NCBI RefSeq assembly: GCF_001194135.2
Contig: NC_068983.1
Location: forward strand, 37,078,807-37,142,806
Reading direction: 5' to 3'
Source: Octopus bimaculoides
Taxonomy: Eukaryota
DNA: 64,000 nt
Position numbers and translations under genes: made by a program. Shown one piece after another: positions 22,791 through 34,907 of the stretch (its first letter is position 1; every line of letters begins with the position of its first letter). The notes under the pieces were generated by a model. The model had not been told where the DNA came from. It saw only the letters and a list, made by a program, of their open reading frames with translations, and did not search any database.

Positions 22791-24251
22791 TATACATTCA
22801 CGGTGGTGCACCAGCATGACCGCAGCCACTTGGCTGAAACACATAAATAAATAAATAAATAAATATACAATTTATTTATACACACGCGCACACAAAAGCT
22901 ATCTGGAAAACAAAGAACCACAACTCATGAATGTATAAATTGGAGTTACGTCCCATGTTTACAATAATTTTTGTCCTCCTATGATACATTGGCATCTCAG
23001 CACCTAACAAAGCCACCCACTTCTCTACTGCAACTCCACGCAGTCAAAGTAGGCCTATCCTTTCTGTGTCTTGAGATACTTGGTGACCTCACGAGTGCTG
23101 GTGTTATGGAAAAAAGTAATCAGAGAAATCAAGCCAAAGCAGAGTAGAACTTAAAGCTATTCTCTGGCTCACTGGATCCTGTCAAATAATTTGACCCATT
23201 CCAGTATGGAAGATGGACATCAAATGAAGATGATTCTGTGTGTTTGTGTATGTATAAATATGTATGTGCGTATAGGCATTTGCTTATTTGAAAATCAAAG
23301 TGGTATTGTAAGCACTGTCAATAATTTGTCCACTCGCTTCATACCTTCAAGATACTAACCATCCCTTGAAAAAACAAGTAAGGGTTAGTATCAGGAACGG
23401 TATCCAGCTGTAAAACAACATCTCAACACCAGTTGTCTAACCCATGCTAGCATGGAAAAATGGACATAAAAACGAACAAGTGAGCAAGCTATAAGTCTAA
23501 ATGCTATATTCATAAAATTAATGAATTTGATGGAGAATGTGAAATTAATCAGAGATTGAAAAGCATTAAAAAAGATGGATAAAATACATTCAAACTAGTC
23601 TGGATGTTAAATCAGTGGTAAGAATTAAGGTGATTAGTGGACAGAGATAAGTGAAATTAACAAGTAGTTCATGAAATGTGTAACATTGCTTTTGAATTTA
23701 CAACCTAACTAAATCTCCTAACAACAGTCAGACAGTAATCTCTTTGCAGTAGATTATATTCAAACTAATCTTTCCACAAGCTTACTGTAATCCCTCACTG
23801 TTGAGGACTGACATCAACTTGTTTTTACTTTCATCAAATCTACAATAACTAAGACTATAATTCTAGACCTCAGACTTAGTCAAATCATGACAATCATCAT
23901 CATCATCATTCCCATTTAATGCCCGTTTTCGATGCTGGCATGGGTTGGATGGTTCAACAGAAGCTGACAAGCAAGAAAACTGCACCAAGCTCCAATGTCT
24001 ACTTCAACATGGTCTTCTACAGTAAGATGCCCTTCCTAATGCCAACCACTTCACAGAAGTTTTTTTTTTTTTTACATGGCATGAGCATCAATGAGATCAC
24101 TAAAGTAACTTGCAAGACAAACACCCTCAACTCAGGTGAGGGTGTACTATTGTGCCAGGTGATGAAAAGCTAAAGTATGATAGAGGGACAGAAACAAGTG
24201 TCTAGCAGTAAAGGAGATAAATAGTTACAGCAGTTGGAAAAGTGAGAGGAA

Positions 24252-24288
<37 letters not shown>

Positions 24289-27200
24289 AGTGGCAAAGAT
24301 GTGTCAGGGTGAAACCACAAGTTACAGGGAGGTCAGTTTTTTGATATTTCAGTTCTAGTGTCTATCGATCTACATTTGTATTCATGCACATTGATGCAAC
24401 TGAGCAAGTTGCTTCAATCTACATGTTACTCTGTTTGACAGTGGAGACTTAACACTGTCTGCAGAATGTTTCAAAAGACAGTGTTTCCTGCAACTATGAG
24501 ACAGAATTTGAATTCAGAATTTAAAGAACATGAATAAATAACGCAAGGCATCTTGTCTTGAGACTCTAACAATTTCACTGCCTCTGGCTGGCAGTTATCA
24601 ATCCTGGAAGAATGAAAGGCAAAATTGACCTCTACAAGATTTGAACACAGAATGTCATTTCAAAGACTGCAAGTTACCTCCATCCTTAATATAAACTTAA
24701 ATATAAGAGATTCTTTTGGAAACCTTAAATTTGTTAAGTGTGTAAGAAGATTGAAAATGAACTGGAGTGTAAGTGGATTCTTTCCATAGAATCAAACCTG
24801 TCTATGGAAATCTTGAATTAGAAGAAAGAGGAATACTGTTGATCAGTAGGAAGTCTAGAGAGAAATGATGAACATCAATTTGTATCTGTTTTTAAACAAT
24901 AAACCAAATAAGCTGATAATTAAGAGTATAATGCATTAATTCTATAAGCTAGCTCTGAAATATTAGTGATATGTCACATCTATTGATTAACTTAATTATT
25001 AAAGCAATCTTGGTTGTGGTTTATGGCAACAGTGGCCAAATTGCAGCTCTCAAAGCTACCAAGTGTGACTCTTTAACATCCTACCGACTGGATTTTATAG
25101 AATAAAATATAATGAAGAAGACTCAACAAAAGCCTTCAATGGCAGGCATTAATCAATCTACTTTATGTAAAATATCATGTGGCTTTTCTTATTAAACAAA
25201 CTGGCTATCCTTTGTTTATAGTATCTGAGATACAGAAGTGGTTCAAGATAAGCAATAATGAGAATAGATGATTAAACACTACAAACCATGTCAGTATAGA
25301 GAAAAGCATGAAATACAATAATCATTTTATAGTTTATAAAGAGGTTGCAGAAAGTCTTGAGTTTCAAACATCATTGAAAGACATTACAAGAATAATCAAG
25401 TAGCATAAAAATGGATATATTACAATATGTAATTAAAATATAATTTAAGAAATCCATCTTTTCAAAAAGTATTTCCTACTATATCTTTCGCTATACACAA
25501 TGCATTGAATAGGTTTAAAAATAGCTTGGTGAAATTAAGGTAAATTAGCATTCACTGCAAACTCAATGATGACAAGAAGCCAAACAGATTTTTATGGAAA
25601 TTGAAATAAAATAATTCAAAATAGACAAAGCACCAAGAAAAGAAAATTTCAATATTGTTTCTACTTTAAAAATGTGTAAATTGATCTAATGCAGATTGAA
25701 TGAGAAATTAAAACGAAGATTAATTATAAGAGAATTGGCATTTCTCATATTATATAACAGCCATCTTTTCACACTAACAGAGTCAACAAGTCTTTTACAT
25801 TGTTTTCTATTGTATCCATGGTTATTTTCCCAACACTTTTTTTTTTATTATCAATCTTTCAACATTCGATTTAATATCATGTCCATACCACTCAAATATT
25901 CTCCTAATTAATAATATATGATCGCTTTGCTCGCTTAAAAACACATTCTAGCCTTTATGTCTAATATTACACTCTTTATTAGTGACATTTCCATCCATCA
26001 GATTCACAAATGACAAACCACGTTTTCTCCATTCATATTTCCTTGAAAAACACCCCCATGCTTTAGGACAAAAAGACTCTTCTAAATTCAAAGACAGAAT
26101 AACTGAAGTTTATTTAAGAAAAAAAAACCAACTAATATCAGAACAACGTGTTGATTAAAAGATGCATTTGACATTCACAGAACCTAGAATTTTCATATTA
26201 GCTTGTTTTTCTTCAAATCCTTAAAAAAATCAATTAGAGGAGGAAAAGCAAATTATTAAAGTGATTCAATTAATGTTCAGTTTGAACTTATGTATGCTGA
26301 TGTCTGCAGGAAAAATCAAAAGTGAAAAAGAAATTCCAAATGGTTGTAACTTTGGGGAAGATGAGACAGGAAATTATTAGTGAATGATATGGTTGGATGA
26401 GACCACAGTAAGAATGATAACAAAAGAGAAATAAGTGTATCAGATGGGATTGAGTATTTCGTCTGCTTTCTTTCATTTACATTTAAATTTGTGTAGATGA
26501 TATAGCAGAGAGGTAATATTAAGAAAAATGAAAGCAGCTCATGTCTCTGGGAGACTCAGCAGAATAAGTAAAGATTTACAGTGCAAAAGCAAGATTGTGC
26601 ATCTTCAACGAAAATTTCTTGTTTATCTTAATACGTCTTTGAAAGTAAGAATTAGTGAAAAACTGAACTAGTGAAACTGTCCTGGAAATATTTTAACATG
26701 GGATCACTCTAAAACTAAGAAATTAAAGATTTCTGAATGACTTATAGAATCATATGTAGTTCAAGTTTTGGGATTGGGAAAATGATAGAATAGTAGATGA
26801 AGTGAAAGTGTATAAGTGGAAAACAAAAAGATGATCACCAAAACAATTTCTGAAAGAAATAAAATAAGAAAGAAAAAAAAAACTTGCAAGAAGCCAGACA
26901 TTTTGGAATCCAGACAATAATCAAACAAAAATAACTAGCTGAAAAGAAAAAAGGACTAGTGGAGAATAGTATGGGCTGTAGATACTGTCTGATGATGTCA
27001 GTAGAAAAGAACAGCATAAAGTTTGGTCAATAATACCTGGGGACTATAATCTCAACATTAACCTTTGAAGAGGCTTGGAACATCAGTAACATACATGTGG
27101 AATTTTTAAAATTCTAAAGCAATGCAGATAACTATATAACTTGGCAGTCATGGTAGTAGGGACTGATTATAGAAAAAAAGTTGAAAAGCAATGTTATAAA

Positions 27201-29812
27201 TGCTCTGGCACAGAATTTTGTTATAAAATTAGGTTAGCTAGACAGCTGTGCAATCTATCTAGAATAACAAATGTACTGTTTACTGACTGGTTGGCTTGCA
27301 ACTGTACTTTAAGTACACCCACACAGCAAGCTACACAATACAGAGAAATGTTTAGGAAAAATTAAGAATACTAATACTAGTAAACATGAACCTACTTGCA
27401 AATCCATATTAAAAGCTTAAACCAATTTCCAGTTAGATTATTTTTACTTGATTACTATTTAACCTTTAGTAAGGAGTACATAAAAATTTATATAATAACT
27501 CATTATATTAATTATAATTATAATAAAATCCAATGTTATGTAACAATCTTTTATTGATACTAATTTGAAAACAAATCAAATCAAATTTAAAGGTTTCTAT
27601 GAACAAAGACTTAGTAGAAAGCAATTCTATTTCTCAGAATGAGATGTTAGTAAATTTTGGATTCAGAATTTTACTTTACCTATAACCCCCTATTGTACAG
27701 ATACATTTCTTTAATAAATTTTGTAGGGAAAACTTTTCTGTCCTTTACAATATAATTTTCATTTCATTTAAAAGGAAATATTTCATGTTACATTCACTTC
27801 TTAATAACGACAAAATTATTTTTCTAAATTCTTTATTATTTTCAAAATAAATTGAAATAAAGGGCAGTGTATTTCAACTGAGATATAGTAACAAAAAGGT
27901 TAATAATAATAATATATAGAAGCCACAACAGCAGCAACATGTGTTTAAACCCAAACTTTAATAGGCTAGGTACCAAGAAGTAGCCTGAGGATTTGCATTG
28001 GCCATGTATGTTGGGTTATTTCAATCAATCTAAGAAATATGTGATTAGTCTAATTATGAATAGAAGCACTGGTGTCAATAGTGCCATAAATTAAGGAGTT
28101 GGAGACAAGTCTCAAGACTGTGTGTACTGACTGCATAGCCATTATACTCAACAGATATTTTTAGCTAAATAGTGGTTCATCTTTTTCTTTAAAAGTGTTT
28201 ACTTTCATTTCACCATTTCTTTGGCAATCATTGAAAGTTATTCAGATATATTTACACAAATGTTCAATATGACTTCAAATCCAAGTTAAACGAAAACAAA
28301 ACTATCTATATAAATTAACATGGTCCTCAAACTATTGTGAGTTTACACAATAATGAGATAAATTAATCTTAAATACAGATTATTATTTAAAGAATATAAG
28401 TGGCCAGTTTATTTTAGAGATGTCAGGTTGTATATATTTATTTTTTTATCAATCATTGTCAATGATTTACAAATGTTATCCTTATCAAAAACTTCAATTT
28501 TCAGGTAAAAAGAAAAAAAAAGAAAAAAGAATAACCCGAGTTTTAAGTTTTTATCCCCTTTTTGAGATAATTTGCAGACTTCCAAACTGCTGATAATCTG
28601 AAGGACCACTGCAAATGTTATGCCAACCAAATTCCTTAATTTTTGGGGAAGAAATATTAATGAAAGAGAATGCTGTGTGCTGAGTTGATGGTGGTTCTCA
28701 TAACCAGCTGAGAAATTAATGGCACATATCCTTTTACCAAGACTTTATAGCATCTATAGCCAAGACATTTAACTCCCAATGCTTGAGTCTGTTCACCAAT
28801 CTCTGATTGAAACTATCACTGTAAGGAGTGGGAGGTATTGTAAAAGTCACAAACAAATCATGGGTTTGTGAAGTACTGAGCTTGATTTTTATCATGGAAA
28901 ACATTCCCTGTAATATTCAGAAGACATTTGTCCGACATCCGTTTAACATTATGGTATGCACTGGTCCAACGGATTGTAATGATTTCTGAAAGGAATGACT
29001 AGGAGCTGAAGTTTTCACAATATAAATGATTGCAAGTTGAACATATTCCATCTCATTCTAGGCAACCAAAATGAAATTTGTTTTTGTAATGGTTGAGTTC
29101 ATACTACTAATAACTTTTAATAAGTCCCCTTTAGACCTGAAAACAAAGTTTGAAACTCTTGAAAGTGAAGAAAAGCAAACATTTATTTGAATTCCAGAAC
29201 CACATCTTTGAAAACCATGGAGCAATTTCCTTAAATTATTACATCTTTTTAAACTCTGAATATCTGTAGTAGGTTGTATTGTTAAACTGCAATCATTATT
29301 CTTAAAATTTTAAAATGATTTCTGATATTTTCTATTTTATACACAGAATAACTGTCTTCATTATATGTACTCAATGTCTTCTGAAAGTACCACATAAATG
29401 GGTTTTCACAAAGTAACTGTGGTATCTTGGCCAGTATATTTCCTTTAAACTTGTTCAAATTTATCCCAAATTTCATTGCATAGTTCATTGAAAAGTATGA
29501 GTAATATTACTTTCTAAAAGGCAGAAGGCCTCATATTTGACAGATAGGCATACTTGATAAACTGAGCCCACAATACAACTGGTATTATTTTATCAACTTA
29601 AGCAGGATGAAAGGCAAACTCTACCATGGTTAAACTTGAACTCACGAAGTAAAGGGATGTAACTTAATCCCACAAGGGATTGTTTAATTTTACTTATTCT
29701 GCCAACCCACCACCCTTACAATAAGAGTAATATTGACACTAAAAGCCTAACGACAAAGTGGGCTATCTTTTAAGACACTGCATGGCTAGAATGGGAGCTA
29801 ATTACAACTTAC

Positions 29813-29829
29813 CTCACAGTATCTTCCAT
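29813..29829 (-). CDS. per: Candidate per start exon B, coding part MEDTV(R); whole exon 29813-29956
   Basis: Acceptor CTTTTTTTCTCTTTCAG at 29957, AATATGG start context, in-frame upstream TAA at 29893-29895, and donor GAG|GTAAGT in phase 2. Confidence 0.5.
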
Positions 29830-32748
29830 ATTTGTGAAGAGAAAGTAGAAATGGACTTGGGATAACACAGATATAAGATCTTTAACAATAACTTAAGTAA
29901 ATAGTTGAATTTCGTAGGTGCCAGAATCAAACCAAGCAGGGAGACAGCTAAAAAAACTGAAAGAGAAAAAAAGTAACTTACAAATTGTTGTTAAAAGCTA
30001 AAAGCATAGGTATAAAAAAACAACATGTGTTTCAAAATGAAAATCATTTCAAGCTATGAGGAAAAAAATACCAAAATTCTCAGCTGACATTCTCATATAA
30101 TTTCAATAACAAATATAATTTAATAAATTGAATATTTTAAAACAAAACAGAATTTTGTATAAAAGCAAATCCAATATGCTCAAATCATATTAAACAAAAT
30201 AAATATTCTATTCAAATTCACTTCAGACTTTGACTAATTAACATAGAGAGTAAGAAATTTATATTTCTATCTATTTTTTTTTTATTCATTCCATGTTCAG
30301 TTCAAATTTTACCTCTAAATTATGGAATTTTTTTACATCCAACTGAATGTTTTTAAAAAAGTAACTTTGCATCTTAAACTTTCTCAGCTAATATACATGT
30401 CTTACAAATGCACAGATAAATTTCTAAATGTGGGAGGAGAGGGGATGAGACTATGTGATGTCCTTATTTTTAAGGGCATTAGAAGATAAATGAAATGAAA
30501 TAGTTCCAACAAAAGAATATAAACTGAAATGCAGACTCAGCAGTGTTTAAGTTGCTTTATAAATGTAATATTAAGAATAATCTATCATCAAACGGTTTAT
30601 CACAAGCCTAAGATTTATAAAAATAGCATGGCCAGTGTACATAAACTCTAATCATAATTACAACTTCATTAAAATGCTACATATCATTATCTAAACTATA
30701 ATAAAGCAAGTCTCTTATTAATTAGCTTAAAATATGTAAATTTTACTAAAAGAAAGCAATTATCAAAGTCTATATTGTCAAAGAAATTCTTATAAATTTC
30801 AATTTTAATATATTATAAAGGTTGCTTAATTATTTGCAACACTACTTTCTACATACACATCAGTAAAAGCATTTTGCCAAATTATGTTTAATCTAGCATC
30901 AGCAGAATTATGTTGATTCCAGTCTTTCATATTTGTTGGGTGTTGTTGAAGATGGTAACCTGAAGAATGTTACGTGGTCAAGTTAAGTCAAAATAATACC
31001 CGATTTCTTCATAAATTCTAATGCCGTATTTGAATGCTGGATATTATTCTGAATTTATTTACTGAATGAGTACTATTAGACAAAGGATACAAAGGAAAAT
31101 TAAATGTAACATATCAGAAAAATTACACAAATTGAGAAACAAATGTGTACATCTCATTTAGAAACTAGTAAAAATCTGCCGAAGGGCAGTTTTTCTGTAA
31201 GAGATAAAAATAAAGGAAACATTTTTCCTCCTAAATATTGATCACCCATTGTTTAGCCTAGGAGCATTTGAGAAGGTTGCCACCTAATAAACTAAGAAAA
31301 AAATTAAATATCAATAAAATTTATTGTAATTCAAAAATGTCACCAGTAGTGCATTAGAGGATTTAAATATTGTTATAAATATTGAGTGAAGGAAATACAT
31401 ACAACAACACACTACATGATAAAGTGTGCCATGGTGCTTATGACCAAATCTGAAGCATGGTATATGCAGAGTAGTGGACCTGTGAATTACTCTTGCATAT
31501 CTGAGCAGCTGTTATTGCTCTACCATAACACTATTGCTTCAGCACAGTTGAACAGGATGTATGCATACATGTATGTGCACTACAATGATGTAAACATACC
31601 AACAAAACCAATAAGTATTTAAAAACTTTGAGAGATGTGACATCTGATTTTAACTGTAAAACTCAAAGTAGATAAAGCTATAAGTAATAGCATGTAGAAT
31701 GTTGGGTTAAAAAAAACCCAGGAACCATAAAATGAGGAAAAAAAAAAAAAAAAGCCAAAGGCTACCAATGGGAGCTGAACTCATATCTGGGCAGCCTTTG
31801 ACTTTTTCTATCCAAAGCCTTTTTTTTTAATGCAGTATCCTACATGCTATCATTTATAGCTATATCTATTTTGAGTTCCACAGTTGAAATTGAATTATAC
31901 CAGCTAATGTGACTACATATAGAGAGAATAGGGTTAAGTGCAAGTTAATATACTTATTATTTCAGTTGAACAATAAGGAATAAATTAAATGAGATGAAAT
32001 AAAAATGATTTCTTACAAAATCAAATAATTTACAAGTCAATTTTTTGAGAAACAAACAACAAATTTTCTTTTTCTTTGTTTGAAATTTCAAATTATGCAT
32101 GAATTCAGAGTTTGCTTAATTGATCTGTGATCTTAAGGTTTATCTCCCTGCAAGGCATGTTGGACTTTTCTACTATAGCCTTCAGCTGACCTTGTGAATG
32201 AAATTGGTAGATGGACACTGTAAGGAAGCCTGTTGTGTGTGTGTGAGTATGTATGTTCATGTTGGTAAGGTCTGGACAGTCATCACAATCCAAGCTCTTG
32301 TTTTGAGTTCTGTCTTCTTGGGTGTGGTCCCCTGACCACACATAAAAGAACAGCAACCCAACAAGAACTTCTATCCATTTTCATTTGGAATATTTATGGC
32401 TGGGTACCTTTCCTAACACCAATTACTTAACCAGTGTACTGGGTGCATATTTTCATAGCACAAGCATAAGAGAAGTTGTCATGTTCTCCAAAATACAAGA
32501 CTAAAGAGTCCTTCTAAACCCTATAATGCTGTTGTACATCCAGCTTGTTAATTGTATGTATGAATAGTTATGTGTGTGAGCGTTTAGATTTCACATTCCA
32601 CAGAAAAAGCATTGAGTTAAAAAATGGTGTTGTTTGTTGGCATTTCCTGTCAATAAATCAGGTGTCTTTCAAAGATATTTGAAATAAAAGATCTCTTGCT
32701 TGAAATAGCAATGGAAAAAGTTTCTGATTCAAACGTATTTGAGTAACT

Positions 32749-33204
32749 CAGTGGTTCCCAAAGTGGGTGGCACCATCTTTGTGGAGCAGAAGAAAGGTCC
32801 AGAGGGGCACTGAAGAAAAATGGAGTGATAATAAAGGTGGCCCAAAAGTATCACTGGATGGCAATGACCCCTTTATTTTTCAATGGGATATTCAGGTTTA
32901 GAGAACAAAAATAAATAAAAATTAAAAANNNNNNNNNNNNNNNNNNNNNNNNNNNNNNNNNNNNNNNNNNNNNNNNNNNNNNTAAAAAGAAAAAAAAAAA
33001 ACTTTAGTGATGAAGCTGGCCATAAAACTCCCAAGAAAATTCCCTAGAAAGATGAAAACACGACACTGAACGAAAACAACAACAAGAATAACATCAACAA
33101 CAATGACAAGAAGAACAACAAAATGAAAAGAAAAAAATGAATACATTCCCTCCACTGACCATCTTTGATGCCAATGCCAAATACATGTGTATATGTAAGT
33201 GTAC

Positions 33205-33245
<41 letters not shown>

Positions 33246-33933
33246 AAGAATTTTTTTAAATTAAAGAAAAAATTGAATTAAGAAAAAACATCTATATTGC
33301 TTTTATACAAATATATAAGTATATGTAGGCTTGTGCACTTATGTTAGAAAACCTTGTAGGGTGGGGGGATTTTGGTTGGAGACTGGGGAAGTTTTAGGTA
33401 ATTTTTATGTGCTTGTTTAGGGTAAAACTGTAAAAATGCTTTTCTTTTTATGTATATTATGGGGATAGTTTATGATGGTGAAAGGAGTGAAGTTGGGGAG
33501 ATATTTTTTAACTGTCAAAAAAACAAAAAAAAAACAAAACAAAAAAACTATTGGTTATTTTTGATTAAAAATACCAGTTTTGGGTGGTATCTGGATATCA
33601 GTAATGAGTAAGCAAGAATAATCGAGGAACAACTGGTTTCAGTTTAAAAGGACATTGAGCTGTGTCCAAAGTTCAAAAAAATCATATCAGTATCTTTGAT
33701 TGCAAAAGGATGGTTCTGACTGCTACCCAGCACTGATGAACAAAGACAAAATGTACTTCTTGCTTTCTGCCTCGCTTCTTTCTAAGCAAAGGAGCAGACT
33801 GAAAATATTGTGAAACACAAGTTGTTTTTAATTTGTAGGAGAAAGAGGTCTATATTCGTGGGAAGGAGGGGATGCTAGGAATGTGGGTTGGGTACCAAGT
33901 GGGTAGCAATTTGAAAAAGTTTGGGAACCACTG
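32749..33933. mobile_element. hAT-type non-autonomous element
   Basis: Perfect 14-bp TIRs CAGTGGTTCCCAAA/TTTGGGAACCACTG. The 8-bp flanks GAGTAACT and GTCTAACT match at 6 of 8 positions. Confidence 0.75.
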
Positions 33934-33990
33934 GTCTAACTCATGCTAGCTTGGGAAAACGAGTGTTAAATGAAAGAACAAACTGTATAT

Positions 33991-34194
33991 ACTCTCTTAT
34001 TCTTTTACTTGTTTCAGTCATTTGACTGTGGCCATGCTGGAGTACCGCCTTTAGTCGAGCAAATCGACCTCAGGACTTATTCTTTGTAAGCCTAGTACTT
34101 ATTCTATTGGTCTCCTTTGTCGAACCACTAAGTTACAGGGATGAAAACACACCAGCATCAGTTGTCAAGCGATGTTGGGGAGACAAGCACATAT

Positions 34195-34233
<39 letters not shown>

Positions 34234-34393
34234 TATGACGAGCTTCTTTCAGTTTCCGTCTACCAAATCCACTCACAAGGGTTTGGTCGGCCTGAGGCTA
34301 TAGTAGAAGACACTTGCCCAAGGTGCCATGCAGTGGGACTGAACCCAGAACCATGTGGTTGGTAAGCAAGCTACTTACCACACAGCCACTCCT
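33991..34393 (-). mobile_element. Full-length SINE family 1
   Basis: Reverse complement of the 22424 and 62247 copies, with an internal (TA)n run. Confidence 0.9.
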
Positions 34394-34857
34394 ACAAAGT
34401 AAAATACAAACAGAGAGGATTGAACAAATATTTTTCTAATTTTTTTTTTATTGATTAAAATTTCTGTTTTAGAATCTCCACCCACCCATTCAACACTTTA
34501 AGGTCAAGAGGTTTTCTGTTAATTTAAGTATTTGAAATTTCAAACTGGGAAAAATCTGTATAAGACAAAAATTTCTGCAACTGATCATACTATCAAAAAT
34601 TAAATCAAAGAGTATCACTTTGACAATGTATATTATCATCACTGATGTTAGAATTTAATATCAAGAAAACTGGACAAAAATATACCTTATTTCACAATTA
34701 TCATGTTTGGGTTGGAACAATGTTATAATATACTTTTTACAACTTATACCAAGATGAAGGTTCCATACTGTCACCACCAGCTTGGCTTGATATAGTTCAA
34801 CTTAAATAAGGAAAGAAATTTTTTTTTTTTTCAGTATTGACCAAGAAAATGACTTAC

Positions 34858-34907
34858 CTTAGTGTTGATTCATGGGCCGAATCATAGAGAGAATTAACCT
34901 GTGCCAT
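34858..34907 (-). CDS. per: Candidate per start exon A, coding part MAQVNSLYDSAHESTL(R); whole exon 34858-34936
   Basis: Acceptor TTTATTTATTTTAG|GAT, GCCATGG start context, and consensus donor AAG|GTAAGT in phase 2. DSAH resembles the insect PER N-terminal DSAY motif. Confidence 0.65.

Noticed and set aside
24781-24810. 10-bp stem hairpin TTTCCATAGA/TCTATGGAAA
   Set aside because: Short enough to arise by chance.
27535-27544. D-box GTTATGTAAC and other TTATGTAA matches; TTACGTCA at 52158
   Set aside because: Several matches are expected by chance in 64 kb of such AT-rich DNA, and there is no supporting context.
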